Source: Nonlabens sp. (GTDB lineage Bacteria; Bacteroidota; Bacteroidia; Flavobacteriales; Flavobacteriaceae). Taken from it: DNA of 64,000 nt. The translations under genes were made by a program, and so were the position numbers. This document shows positions 28,250-38,840 of this stretch, in pieces. The notes under the pieces are model-generated. The model was not told the origin of the DNA, searched no databases, and was given only the letters and a program-made list of their open reading frames with translations. The stretch spans positions 12,329 to 76,328 of the forward strand of contig JBATVD010000039.1 in the NCBI GenBank assembly GCA_049671565.1. Direction: 5' to 3'. Each line of letters starts with the position of its first letter. The first letter of the stretch is position 1.

Positions 28250-29371
28250 TTGTATCTTATGATATATCAAATTTTTGGAACATACCCGCAACCGTATCAA
28301 CCTTACAACATCAGATTGGTAGAAGGTCTCAAGCAAAAGCAAAAAATTCAAGCGGTGTCAGCGGCGGAGTTGCCTGTCTCTGAAAGAGAGAATGGTGTTT
28401 TTTATCATAGTTCTAAAAAATTCTCTTTGAGTGCACTCTGGTTTGCATTAAGTCAAAAAGATATGTCTTTCAAAAAGGCCTACCGATTTTATAAAAAATA
28501 TGATTATATCATCAATAATCAAGAGGCCATTTTTCATTTTCACAATCTGCAAAATATAAATGACGAGTTATTAGATTATTTGATTCATCATCAAATAAAA
28601 TATGTATTATCCTTAAGAGGTTACGACGTAACTATTTTTCCATTAATTTCTAATATTAACGAGAAATTTCTTGAAAAGAGATTAAGACATTCTTGGAAAA
28701 TACACTCGGTTTGTAATTCGCTTGTTGATAATGCTTCAACTTATTATAGTTTATCAAAAGAAAAGGCTCACGTAATTTATCGAACTCCTAACTTAAAAGA
28801 CGTGTTTGATTTCAAACCTAAAAGTACTTTAGGTAAAGAGATCAATATATTTACTATTTCTCGAGTTCACTGGAAAAAATGTATAGCGGAGTCTTTAATT
28901 TCCATAAAAAAGTTAATCGACCAAGGTTTTAATGTCAATTATCATGTCATAGGTGGATTTCAAGGCGATGAGAAAAAGAGGTTGCTGTACATAATTACAA
29001 AGCTTGGTCTTCAAAATAATGTTGTTTTGCACGGATACCAGCCAGAGGATCAATTTAAGGCGGTCATTGCTGGTATGGATATATGTTGGATTCCTACGAT
29101 AAATGAAGGATTGCCTAACACAATTTATTTTTTGTTAAAGAGTGGTGTGCCAACAATCGCATCATCCACAGACGGTATACCTGAGGTGATTAAAGATGGA
29201 ATTAACGGTTTGCTTTTCTCTCCATATAACTTTGATGAATTAACTACGTCTACAATCAATTTGCTTAAAAATAGTGAATTGCGTTTGCAATTATCAAACA
29301 ATGCCAGAAACACTGAGCTTCAAAATATAGAGTCGGAAGTGGAACAATATATTAATATGTATGAAGCCTAA
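28250..29371 (+). CDS. glycosyltransferase family 4
   Basis: Motifs SRVHWKK...NEGLPNTIYFLLKSGVPTIASSTDGIPEVI. Confidence 0.75.
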   Translation: MYLMIYQIFGTYPQPYQPYNIRLVEGLKQKQKIQAVSAAELPVSERENGVFYHSSKKFSLSALWFALSQKDMSFKKAYRFYKKYDYIINNQEAIFHFHNLQNINDELLDYLIHHQIKYVLSLRGYDVTIFPLISNINEKFLEKRLRHSWKIHSVCNSLVDNASTYYSLSKEKAHVIYRTPNLKDVFDFKPKSTLGKEINIFTISRVHWKKCIAESLISIKKLIDQGFNVNYHVIGGFQGDEKKRLLYIITKLGLQNNVVLHGYQPEDQFKAVIAGMDICWIPTINEGLPNTIYFLLKSGVPTIASSTDGIPEVIKDGINGLLFSPYNFDELTTSTINLLKNSELRLQLSNNARNTELQNIESEVEQYINMYEA

Positions 29372-30383
29372 AAAAGTTTTAATAACCGGGATTGCTGGAT
29401 TTATTGGCTTTCATCTTGCAGAACATTTACTTCAAAATGGATGCGAGGTTATCGGTCTTGATAATCTCAATACGTATTATGATGTTGATTTAAAATACGC
29501 GAGACTAGAGGTTTTAGGAGTGGCTAAAAAAGAAATAGAATATTATGGTAGAGAAGTTAAATCTACCATTCACGCAGAACTAAGTGTCTATCAGTTAAAA
29601 TTAGAAGACCGAGCAAATTTACCTAAATTGTTCAAGGCGCATCAAATTGATGTGGTCTGTAATTTAGCTGCTCAGGCTGGAGTACGTTATAGCATTGAAA
29701 ATCCAGAGGTTTATATAGATACAAACATTACTGGTTTTTTAAATGTTTTACAATGCATGCGAGAAAATGACGTGAAAAAAATTGTATATGCCAGTAGTTC
29801 TAGCGTTTATGGGAATTCAGACGACGTGCCCTTTACGGTTGATCAGACGGTAGATCACCCCATCAGTGTCTATGCAGCTACCAAAAAATCAAACGAATTA
29901 TTAGCGCACACTTATGCGCATCTATTTGGGATTCAGACAATAGGTTTAAGGTTTTTTACAGTATATGGACCGTGGGGTAGACCAGATATGGCTATTTATT
30001 TATTTGCAGATGCTATAACTAATAATAAGCCTATCAAGGTTTTTAACAACGGAAATTTGTCTCGGGACTTTACTTACATTGATGATATCGTTGAGGGTAT
30101 AACAGCTACGATAATGAAAGATTTACCCAACAATAAACTCTACGGTGTCTATAATATAGGAAATTCAAGTCCCGTAAGATTGCTGGATTTTATAGAGGCT
30201 TTAGAAGAAAGTTTTGATAAAAAAGCAATTAAAAAAATGTATCCTATGCAACCAGGAGATGTGAAGCAAACTTGGGCGGACGTTTCCAGCTTAAACAGAG
30301 ATTTTGGATATACACCTTCTACCGATATCCGAACTGGGATTCATAAATTTGTGGAATGGTATAGGGGATACTACAATTCTTGA
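29361..30383 (+). CDS. NAD-dependent epimerase, UDP-glucuronate 4-epimerase-like (CapI/LpsL type)
   Basis: Motifs VLITGIAGFIGFH and LDNLNTYYDVDLKYARL, catalytic YAATK, and FFTVYGPWGRPDMA. Confidence 0.7.
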   Translation: MKPKKVLITGIAGFIGFHLAEHLLQNGCEVIGLDNLNTYYDVDLKYARLEVLGVAKKEIEYYGREVKSTIHAELSVYQLKLEDRANLPKLFKAHQIDVVCNLAAQAGVRYSIENPEVYIDTNITGFLNVLQCMRENDVKKIVYASSSSVYGNSDDVPFTVDQTVDHPISVYAATKKSNELLAHTYAHLFGIQTIGLRFFTVYGPWGRPDMAIYLFADAITNNKPIKVFNNGNLSRDFTYIDDIVEGITATIMKDLPNNKLYGVYNIGNSSPVRLLDFIEALEESFDKKAIKKMYPMQPGDVKQTWADVSSLNRDFGYTPSTDIRTGIHKFVEWYRGYYNS

Positions 30384-30431
30384 TTATTTACCAAATCTGA
30401 TAAGCGTCTCAATGCCTCTTAAATTCAGTTC

Positions 30432-31598
30432 ATGAAAATTATCCTATTTGATGGTACTTTTGAAACCACTGCATTTATAAGGCGATTGATGCAAGGCCTT
30501 ATCAATGCTAATCATCAAATCTTTATACTTGGTTTCAATGAGCGACTTTCAAATCCTGTTTCTGGGGTCAACTATATAAGTCTAGGAAGTAATCAAAATA
30601 AAATAAGGTTTATAAAAACCAGTTTGTCTTGGGCGGTTCAATCGAAGTCTTTGATTAATTCTCTAAAGTATATTTTTCTCAATAATAAGAGCAAAGTCCA
30701 GCAAAGCAACTTGGAGGCTGCTTTTAATTCCATTCAACCTGATATTGTTCATTTGCAATGGGTTTCAAACATCCCTTTATTTGAAGACTTTTTAAAAAAA
30801 TCAACACACAGATTTATACTCTCGCAACGTGGCTTTCAAACTAACATAAGACCTTTCGTTAATTCTGATAACTACAATTACCTTAAAAAATGGCTACCAT
30901 ATTTTAATGGCTTTCACTCGGTTTCAAATGCCATATCAAATAAGGGTGATCACATGTATAATGATCACAATAAAATCGATCACGTGGTGTATACTGGATT
31001 AGATATGGATCAGATTGAGTATAGCAAAAAGGAGCCAGATAGTGATGTTTTCCAGATTATTTCAGTGGGCCGTCAGCATTGGGTAAAAGGATATGATCAT
31101 GCAATTAAAGCAATGAGTCTTTTGTTAAATAAAAATATAAAATTCAAATACAGTATTGTTGGAGCTCAGGGAGATGAGGAGTTATTGTTTCTGGTTGACG
31201 ATCTTAACCTTCGTGATTGTGTTGAGTTGTTACCCAAGTTACCTCAAAATGAAGTTTTTAAATTGATCAATCGATCAAGTGTGTTGCTCATGCCTAGTCT
31301 AGAAGAAGGAATCGCAAATGTTGCCGTTGAAGCCATGGCTTTGGGAACTCCAGTGATTTCTACTAATTGTGGAGGGATGGAAGAATTGATTACCCACAAT
31401 GAAACCGGATGGATTGTTCCCGTATATGAAGAGGAGGCACTTGCACATCAGATTTTAGAATTTACTCGATTATCAAATCACGATGTTTTAAATGTTGTAA
31501 ATTTCGCTCGAGCGAAAGTAGAAAAGCAACATAGTGAAGAACAAATGGTAGAAGGAATGTTAGAACTGTATCAAAAAGTCCAAAGTGTCGATATTTGA
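30432..31598 (+). CDS. glycosyltransferase family 4
   Basis: Motifs GRQHWVKG...EEGIANVAVEAMALGTPVISTNCGGMEELI. Confidence 0.8.
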   Translation: MKIILFDGTFETTAFIRRLMQGLINANHQIFILGFNERLSNPVSGVNYISLGSNQNKIRFIKTSLSWAVQSKSLINSLKYIFLNNKSKVQQSNLEAAFNSIQPDIVHLQWVSNIPLFEDFLKKSTHRFILSQRGFQTNIRPFVNSDNYNYLKKWLPYFNGFHSVSNAISNKGDHMYNDHNKIDHVVYTGLDMDQIEYSKKEPDSDVFQIISVGRQHWVKGYDHAIKAMSLLLNKNIKFKYSIVGAQGDEELLFLVDDLNLRDCVELLPKLPQNEVFKLINRSSVLLMPSLEEGIANVAVEAMALGTPVISTNCGGMEELITHNETGWIVPVYEEEALAHQILEFTRLSNHDVLNVVNFARAKVEKQHSEEQMVEGMLELYQKVQSVDI

Positions 31599-31770
31599 AT
31601 ATTCGGATTTGTCCAGGAGCTGTGTAAAATTTGATCAGGTTATGGCTAGTAGACTAAGAGTCTTGTGGACATCAATTAACCCTCGTTCCTATGATTGCGT
31701 TAAATCCTTGAGGTGTTTGGCACTAGCCACTAATTCATTTTACTACTTCTATTTTAACTAGATAGGGACT

Positions 31771-33207
31771 ATGCTGTTCAACTCAATAGATTTTGCAATA
31801 TTTTTACCGATAGTATTTTTACTTTACTGGTTTGTATGCAATAGAAATCTAAAGCTTCAGAATTTTCTCATAGTTGTTGCTAGTTATTTGTTTTATGGCT
31901 GGTGGGACTGGAAGTTTTTATCACTAATTATCTTTAGTACCATAGTAGACTTCACTATCGGGATTAGTTTGGATAAACAAGAAAATCCAACCCTTAGAAA
32001 ATTATTACTATGGATCAGTATTTTGGTAAATCTGGGTTTTTTAGGTTTTTTTAAATACTATAATTTTTTCATTGACAACTTCATAAGTGCTTTCTCATTT
32101 TTAGGTAGCGATATACAGCCCAATACCTTAAATATAATTTTACCGGTAGGAATAAGTTTTTATACGTTTCAAACCTTAAGCTACACCATCGATGTCTATA
32201 GGAAAAAATTAGAACCTACTAGAGATATCATCGCATTCTCCGCATTTGTAAGTTTCTTTCCTCAATTGGTTGCCGGTCCTATAGAAAGAGCAACACACTT
32301 ACTACCCCAGTTTTATGAGAAGCGCAAATTTGAATTACTTAAAGCAGTTGATGGAATGCGTCAGATTCTTTGGGGGCTGTTTAAAAAAATTGTCATTGCA
32401 GATAATTGCGCCCTTTATGCAAATGAAATTTTCAATGATTCTGCTGATTTGAATGGAAGTACTCTTATTGTAGGTGCAGTGCTTTTTTCATTCCAGATCT
32501 ATGGGGATTTCTCGGGTTATTCAGATATAGCTATAGGGACGTCTCGATTATTTGGTTTTGATTTGATGCAGAATTTCAACTTCCCATATTTCTCCAGAGA
32601 CATTGCTGAGTTTTGGAGGCGATGGCATATTTCACTCTCAACATGGTTCAGAGATTATTTATATATACCGTTGGGAGGAAGTAGGGGTAGCGTCCTGAAG
32701 AAAGTAAGAAATACCTTTATCATTTTTATCGTCAGTGGTTTTTGGCATGGGGCGAACTGGACATTTATTATATGGGGTGCCTTAAATGCGATATACTTTC
32801 TTCCATTATTGTTGACAAATAACAATAGGAGTAATATGGATGTTGTAGCGAAGGGTAGATTATTTCCTGAAATAAAAGAACTTTTTTGGATGTTATCCAC
32901 TTTTATACTTACCGTTTTTGCTTGGATCTTTTTTAGAGCAGAAAACATAAGTCATGCCTTTAGTTATATTTCTGGAATATTTTCTCCATCTACCTTTTCT
33001 CTTCCAGAGGTCAGGCCTACAAATGTTTTTGTATTGTTAGTAATATTCATGATCATCGAGTGGATCGGTAGAGAAAACAAATTTGCACTGGCCAAGTTAG
33101 GTCAAAAGTGGATTTGGCCATTGAGATATTCTTTTTATTACGTTCTTATACTTTTGATTTTTTGGTTCAGCCGTGAAGATCAAGAGTTTATTTACTTTCA
33201 ATTCTAA
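31771..33207 (+). CDS. MBOAT-family membrane O-acyltransferase (AlgI/DltB-like), copy 1
   Basis: Multi-pass membrane protein with motifs FWRRWHISLSTWFRDYLYIPLGG and SGFWHGANW (catalytic His region). Confidence 0.85.
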   Translation: MLFNSIDFAIFLPIVFLLYWFVCNRNLKLQNFLIVVASYLFYGWWDWKFLSLIIFSTIVDFTIGISLDKQENPTLRKLLLWISILVNLGFLGFFKYYNFFIDNFISAFSFLGSDIQPNTLNIILPVGISFYTFQTLSYTIDVYRKKLEPTRDIIAFSAFVSFFPQLVAGPIERATHLLPQFYEKRKFELLKAVDGMRQILWGLFKKIVIADNCALYANEIFNDSADLNGSTLIVGAVLFSFQIYGDFSGYSDIAIGTSRLFGFDLMQNFNFPYFSRDIAEFWRRWHISLSTWFRDYLYIPLGGSRGSVLKKVRNTFIIFIVSGFWHGANWTFIIWGALNAIYFLPLLLTNNNRSNMDVVAKGRLFPEIKELFWMLSTFILTVFAWIFFRAENISHAFSYISGIFSPSTFSLPEVRPTNVFVLLVIFMIIEWIGRENKFALAKLGQKWIWPLRYSFYYVLILLIFWFSREDQEFIYFQF

Positions 33208-33215
33208 GAGGGGTT

Positions 33216-34265
33216 ATGAAGATATTTTTGAAAAGACTTGTTTTATTTTTCTCGCTATTAATGGCTATTTTGGTGTTAAAAAAGATTTTCACACCCTACT
33301 TTCTTGGTAATGTCTATTTTAAGCCTAAACTGGAGTATTATAATAAAAATTATGAAACTAAAGACTATAATACTGTCTTTTTTGGCTCTAGCCGAATATT
33401 CAGACATATAAATCCCAATGTTTTAGATTCCATCATGAGTGATGAAAACATTGAGACCTTCAATTTTGGAACCGTAGGAACTTACAATCCTGAATCTTAT
33501 TTTCTTTATGAAAACTTCATTAACAATCAGGCAGATGAAAAAATAGACTATGCTTTTCTAGAGATACAGGCATTGAATGATATTGACGCTAAGAATCTTG
33601 CTACAACTAAAGGTAATTATTGGAATTCAATAGAATTTTTGAATTTTGCTATAAACTATATATCAGATACAAATAAAAGCGATAGTGAAAAATCAGACTT
33701 AATGGCTCGTTATTTTAAAAGTCATCTCTACAGTTATTTTGATGTAAAGATCTTTAAGCATTACTCCATGGATACAAAGAATACGGCAAGGCGCATGGGG
33801 TCAGATGGTTTTTATTCATTAGATGATGATCTAGAAGAAACGCCGAATAATAGAGTGCTAAATCAGAGAAGGGAAAATTTTCTAGCCGATACCGAAGTTT
33901 TGAAAGAAAGAAGACAGTCGGTTTTGGACATCTATGAAAGAACATCTGATATGGTTTTAAATGAATTTCATTACACTTACCTTTTATCTTTAATCGAAAA
34001 ATCTAAAGAAAAAGGTATTGACCTTATTTTTGTTTTACCTCCTAGGCTTACAGAAGAACAGTATTTAGAGTTGCTTCCCATTTCAAATCAATTGCCAAAA
34101 AGGAATGTCATAAATTTGAGTGACCCCAAAACATATGATAAATTATATATGAATGAGTACAGTTATGATGTGGGGCATCTAAATGCAAGGGGTGCCATTT
34201 TGATGACAACATATTTGGCAAATGAATTCAAGGATAAATTACAATTAAGGGATAATGGTAATTAG
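33216..34265 (+). CDS. membrane-anchored SGNH/DltD-like putative acyl-transfer partner of MBOAT copy 1
   Basis: N-terminal TM helix. A GSS block (VFFGSSRI) and a C-terminal DxxH block (YDVGHLNARG) resemble SGNH blocks I and V. It lies 8 nt after the MBOAT stop. Confidence 0.45.
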   Translation: MKIFLKRLVLFFSLLMAILVLKKIFTPYFLGNVYFKPKLEYYNKNYETKDYNTVFFGSSRIFRHINPNVLDSIMSDENIETFNFGTVGTYNPESYFLYENFINNQADEKIDYAFLEIQALNDIDAKNLATTKGNYWNSIEFLNFAINYISDTNKSDSEKSDLMARYFKSHLYSYFDVKIFKHYSMDTKNTARRMGSDGFYSLDDDLEETPNNRVLNQRRENFLADTEVLKERRQSVLDIYERTSDMVLNEFHYTYLLSLIEKSKEKGIDLIFVLPPRLTEEQYLELLPISNQLPKRNVINLSDPKTYDKLYMNEYSYDVGHLNARGAILMTTYLANEFKDKLQLRDNGN

Positions 34266-34411
34266 GAATTTTATTCGGATAGCTTTTGCCTATGTAATTT
34301 CGTTAAATACGTATTTCATCTTGCTCTTCATGGAGGCAAATATGGGTTAAAGAACAGAGATGTGTAAAATTTTACCCGATCTAATATTTCATCAAATCAA
34401 ATGAACTTTAA

Positions 34412-35413
34412 ATGAAAATAGCCATAGTAATAACAGCTAAAAATGAAGAACGATTGCTAAAAAGTAATCTTCAGTATCATTTTGCGGTGGGAGTAAACAA
34501 AGCTTACATATATTTTGATGGAGCTACTGATGGAGGTCCTGATAGTATAAGAGATATTCCTCAAGTAGAAGTGCAAGATTCAGTGAACCCAGAGACTTAC
34601 AGTCATTTGTCATTTTTGGATAAATTCACCACAATGGCGGATGAGCACCATACGGCGAGACAGTGTTTGAACACCTATAATGCCACGCTTAAATGCAAAC
34701 GGGACGGAATAGACTGGTTGATTTCTATAGATGCAGATGAGGTCATCATTGCAGATAAGAACGAGCCAGCACCATTGACAACTCTTTTTGATGGGGTTTC
34801 AGAAGATGTTGATTTAATCCACTTCAATACTAAAGAGGCAGTTCAGAGAAGAAATGAATACGACAATGTGTTTGCCGATGAGACTCTATTTAAATCTACG
34901 CATCTGTTTAAAAGAAAATTAGAAAGACCGAGTAAAGAAATTCATGACCCTTTCCTAAAGAAAAATACAAAGATATCATATTGGATGGGACAGTTTCAGG
35001 GAAAGTCGGCGATCAGGGTAGCCTCTGATTTAATTCCTAAAAACGTGCATAGGTACAAGCATAAGGATGGATCCTTATTAAAACAAATTGAAAAAGGCTT
35101 AGTGCTACATTATCATGCTTTCGATCAGCCTGATTTCATTAAAAAATTCACGAATTTCAAGAAACATCCTGATAATTTTTTGGCCGGTTCAGATGTGGGT
35201 TATGTTAAGAAATTGTGGAGAGATGTGGTAAATTCTGATGATATAGAGGCTCACTACAGAAACAATTACTTTCAAAATAATATAATGTTTACTGAATCTG
35301 AGATTAATAAAATGAGTTCTAAAATATTTGGAATTTTGCCCAGAAAGCAAAAGCCTTTTGAGAAGATTACATCTGTGAAAAAAGCCTTTGATTCGTTAAA
35401 CCTCCAAGAATAA
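34412..35413 (+). CDS. glycosyltransferase family 2-like (GT-A) protein
   Basis: Motifs IAIVITAKNEERLL...ISIDADE (DxD). Confidence 0.5.
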   Translation: MKIAIVITAKNEERLLKSNLQYHFAVGVNKAYIYFDGATDGGPDSIRDIPQVEVQDSVNPETYSHLSFLDKFTTMADEHHTARQCLNTYNATLKCKRDGIDWLISIDADEVIIADKNEPAPLTTLFDGVSEDVDLIHFNTKEAVQRRNEYDNVFADETLFKSTHLFKRKLERPSKEIHDPFLKKNTKISYWMGQFQGKSAIRVASDLIPKNVHRYKHKDGSLLKQIEKGLVLHYHAFDQPDFIKKFTNFKKHPDNFLAGSDVGYVKKLWRDVVNSDDIEAHYRNNYFQNNIMFTESEINKMSSKIFGILPRKQKPFEKITSVKKAFDSLNLQE

Positions 35414-35416
35414 GGG

Positions 35417-35998
35417 ATGATAAATAAAATTACAATCATTCAAAGGGTTTTAATAATAAAAGGTCTTTTTTCTAAAGTCGAGAACAACCATATTATTGAA
35501 CAAGATGTTCATCATTACTATGAACTACGTGGGTGTGATGCAAAAAAGAAAACATTTAAAGATCGTTACAAGCATTTAATGCTCTATTATCCTGAGTTTG
35601 TTTTTGTTTTTCAATGGAGAACTGGTTTGTTAAATAAAAGTCAGAAAAAGTTATTCAAACACCCCAATTATCAATGTAAGTTGTTCAAGAGTACTAAAAT
35701 AGCAGGTGGACTGTCGTGTTTCCATCCTTTTGCCACGGTTATAAATGCTAAATCAATTGGTAGGAATTTTGAATTTAGAAATGGTCTTACCATTGGTAAT
35801 AAAAATAATGACAATGAACTAGTGCCTACAATAGGAGATAATGTAGTGGTAGGGGCTAATGTTTGTATCATAGGGAAAATCAATATTGGGAATAATGTGG
35901 TTATAGGAGCAGGGAGTGTGGTTGTGAAGGATGTTCCAGATAACGTGGTTGTTGTGGGTAATCCGGCTAGGTTGATTAAGAACTTAGATACGCACTAG
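35417..35998 (+). CDS. hexapeptide-repeat acyltransferase (serine-acetyltransferase-like)
   Basis: The C-terminal left-handed beta-helix repeats are [46 protein letters not shown]. Confidence 0.75.
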   Translation: MINKITIIQRVLIIKGLFSKVENNHIIEQDVHHYYELRGCDAKKKTFKDRYKHLMLYYPEFVFVFQWRTGLLNKSQKKLFKHPNYQCKLFKSTKIAGGLSCFHPFATVINAKSIGRNFEFRNGLTIGNKNNDNELVPTIGDNVVVGANVCIIGKINIGNNVVIGAGSVVVKDVPDNVVVVGNPARLIKNLDTH

Positions 35999-36054
35999 AA
36001 ATTAATTATCACAAAAACATTTCAATTTTTGCAACTCACTAATAACTTGGAATA

Positions 36055-37449
36055 ATGCAGCAAACCATAAAAACCTCGATAATCCCAATCAATCAGCAAC
36101 TTGTTAAAATCAGGGGACAGGTACACGAAATTGACCATAAAGCAATTTGTCTATTTGCTGCAACTGGTTTCTTTTGGGATGATATGACATATTTTAAAGA
36201 TCAAAAAGTATTGCGTCCCGGTACGGTAAACAAAATTGATGATGATGGCTTTTTAATAGATTCTGAACCGTGGTTCAACTGGTATTATAAATCGGCAGAC
36301 CAGTCATTTCAAACCTCTGTCGAGCAACATAAGAATTTGCTAGAGCAGATTATAGGGGAGCAAGTTCAAGATAATAATGTGATTTTACCACTTTCTGGAG
36401 GCTTGGACAGTCGCAGTCAAGCCGTTGCCTTAAAAGAATTAGGTAAAAAGGTTACTTCTTATTCCTACTCGTTCAAGGATGGGTATAAAGAACATGGAAT
36501 AAGTCAAAAAATTGCCGAAGCTTGTAATTTTGATTTTCAAGCATTTGAAATACCATACAGTTACTTATGGAATAGAATTGATGAATTGGCAGAAATTAAC
36601 CAGTGTTATTCAGAATTCACCCACCCCAGGCAAATGGCCGTGCTTGATCAGCTCAAACAAATGGATGGAATTTTCTCACTTGGTCATTGGGGCGATGTAT
36701 TATTTGATACAGGTGGTGATGAGGGTATAGAAGACAACAACCTAGTCGCCTACATTCATAAAAAGGTAGTGAAAAAAGGAGGGATGGAACTGGCGCAATC
36801 GTTATGGAAATCTTGGGATCTTGATGGCTCATTTGAAGACTACATGACCCAAACGACTCAAGAATTGCTCGCTCAAATCAATATTGAAAACACCTCTGCC
36901 AAAGTACGAGCCTTTAAATCCACTTATTGGGCACCGCGCTGGACGAGTATCAATTTGAGCGTTTTTGAAGCCGCACATCCCATCACTTTACCTTATTATG
37001 ACGACCGTATGTGTCAATTGATTTGTGAAATCCCTGAAGACCATCTTGCAGACCGGAAGCTTCAAATTGAATATATCAAACAAACCAACCCAGAGGTTGC
37101 CAAGATTACTTGGCAGGATCAGAAGCCATTTAATTTGTTTAATTATCATAAAAATAGAATGCCATTAAACTTACCTTATAGGGTGACAAACAAACTCAAA
37201 CGCGTGCTTCAAGAAAAATCCGGTAAAAAATATGTGCAGCGCAATTGGGAATTACAATTTTTAGGTGAAGAGAATAAAAAGCAGTTGGAGTCTTATTTAT
37301 TTAGACCTGAATTTGCCAATTTTATCGATTCCGGATTGGTAAAGAATTTGTATCAAAAGTTTGAAAATCAAGATCAGGTTTGGTATTCGCACGCAATAAG
37401 TATGTTATTGACCTTGAGCGTTTGGCAGAGTCGTCAAGAAAATAAGTAG
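36055..37449 (+). CDS. asparagine-synthase-like ATP pyrophosphatase domain protein lacking the N-terminal glutaminase domain
   Basis: PP-loop LPLSGGLDSRS. There is no N-terminal Cys2/Ntn domain. Confidence 0.6.
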   Translation: MQQTIKTSIIPINQQLVKIRGQVHEIDHKAICLFAATGFFWDDMTYFKDQKVLRPGTVNKIDDDGFLIDSEPWFNWYYKSADQSFQTSVEQHKNLLEQIIGEQVQDNNVILPLSGGLDSRSQAVALKELGKKVTSYSYSFKDGYKEHGISQKIAEACNFDFQAFEIPYSYLWNRIDELAEINQCYSEFTHPRQMAVLDQLKQMDGIFSLGHWGDVLFDTGGDEGIEDNNLVAYIHKKVVKKGGMELAQSLWKSWDLDGSFEDYMTQTTQELLAQINIENTSAKVRAFKSTYWAPRWTSINLSVFEAAHPITLPYYDDRMCQLICEIPEDHLADRKLQIEYIKQTNPEVAKITWQDQKPFNLFNYHKNRMPLNLPYRVTNKLKRVLQEKSGKKYVQRNWELQFLGEENKKQLESYLFRPEFANFIDSGLVKNLYQKFENQDQVWYSHAISMLLTLSVWQSRQENK

Positions 37450-37536
37450 TAAATTGATCATAAGAACTGCTTAAGTCTTAATGTAGCAAATATTTCAAAG
37501 TCATTTTCAATTATTCAAAAGATCTTGAAGTGATAG

Positions 37537-37556
37537 TTCGCTTTCGCGAAAGCGAA
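37537..37556. repeat. iterated palindrome copy (20 bp TTCGCTTTCGCGAAAGCGAA), intergenic
   Basis: Read directly. Confidence 0.95.
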
Positions 37557-37710
37557 AAACCATATTACCTAGCCGTATTATCTGAATAAAATCATGTTGC
37601 AAAATACGGTAATATGACTGGGCATCTCATAGATCACACCTAGTTATTGTAAACGAAGATTGCACTAGTGTATTTTCTAATCAAAGAGAACTCATTTCAT
37701 CTAAATATTC

Positions 37711-37718
37711 TACATTTG
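37711..37718 (+). promoter_or_regulatory. -7 box (TACATTTG) after a 287-bp gap
   Basis: Matches TAnnTTTG and lies 18 nt upstream of the ATG at 37737. Confidence 0.4.
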
Positions 37719-37736
37719 TCCGCTGTTACTTAGTCC

Positions 37737-38840
37737 ATGCAACGATCTATTAGAATTCTTTATACCATTCCTAATTTTGACACGGCAGGAAGTGGGAAAG
37801 TGGTTTATGATTTAGTAAAGGGTCTGGATAAGAGCAAGTTTGAACCACAGATTTTAGTCAAACATACCAGAGGAAAGTTCTTCAAAGAGATTGAGAAATT
37901 AGGCGTTCCCATTCATATAATGGACTATGAGACTGATTACAGGCCATTTTTGACTTTTCCATCGCGATTATTAAAAGTAATTAGGTTCTTTAAAACCTTG
38001 GATATAGATGTAATCCATTCCTGGCACTGGAGTTCTGATTTTTCAGAAGCTTTAGCGGCAAAATTAGCGGGTGTAAAATTTATCTATACAAAGAAAGCCA
38101 TGGGCTGGGGAAATAAAGCTTGGGTCTGGCGATCAAAGCTGAGCACCAAAGTCATCGCTATCAATAGGGATATGATGATCGAGTTTTTTAATCCATTACC
38201 CACTGTGGATGCAGTCTACCTTCCTTTGGGCCTAGATACTGAAGTTTATCAACCGCGAGAGTTTCACAAACCTACTGCTGAAAAACACAAAATTGGAAAA
38301 AACGATTTTGTAGTGATCTCCGTGGTAAACATGGTAGCTGTAAAGGGGATTGAGATATTGATTGAGGCCGTAATTCAGTGTGGTATCCCTAATATCAAGC
38401 TACTTTTAGTAGGCAATGACCAAACCACTTATGTAGATGAGCTCAAGGCAAAATATTTAAACAAACATCCAGAAATCATCTTTACAGGCAAACAGCTTGA
38501 AGTGCGCAATTACCTATCCATAGCCGATGTTTTTGTGATCCCTACAAAGAACGAAGGTAAGCGAGAAGGAATGCCCATGGCTCCAGTTGAAGCCATGAGT
38601 TCTGGAGTGCCAGTAATTGGATCTAAAGTTTCAGGTATCACTGACATTTTAGAAGGTTTTGACGAGTGGCTTTTTGATGCGGGTGATGTGAGTTATTTAG
38701 TTACAAACCTAGAGGCTATGCACCGACTCCCTAGCGAGGAAAGAAGGAGTATTGGGCTTCACATGCGGCGTAAAGTAGTGGAACATTACTCCTATAGAAA
38801 CTTTATTGAATCTAGAGAACACCTTTATGAGTCTTTATAA
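37737..38840 (+). CDS. glycosyltransferase family 4
   Basis: Motifs NFDTAGSGKVV...NEGKREGMPMAPVEAMSSGVPVIGSKVSGITDIL. Confidence 0.8.
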   Translation: MQRSIRILYTIPNFDTAGSGKVVYDLVKGLDKSKFEPQILVKHTRGKFFKEIEKLGVPIHIMDYETDYRPFLTFPSRLLKVIRFFKTLDIDVIHSWHWSSDFSEALAAKLAGVKFIYTKKAMGWGNKAWVWRSKLSTKVIAINRDMMIEFFNPLPTVDAVYLPLGLDTEVYQPREFHKPTAEKHKIGKNDFVVISVVNMVAVKGIEILIEAVIQCGIPNIKLLLVGNDQTTYVDELKAKYLNKHPEIIFTGKQLEVRNYLSIADVFVIPTKNEGKREGMPMAPVEAMSSGVPVIGSKVSGITDILEGFDEWLFDAGDVSYLVTNLEAMHRLPSEERRSIGLHMRRKVVEHYSYRNFIESREHLYESL

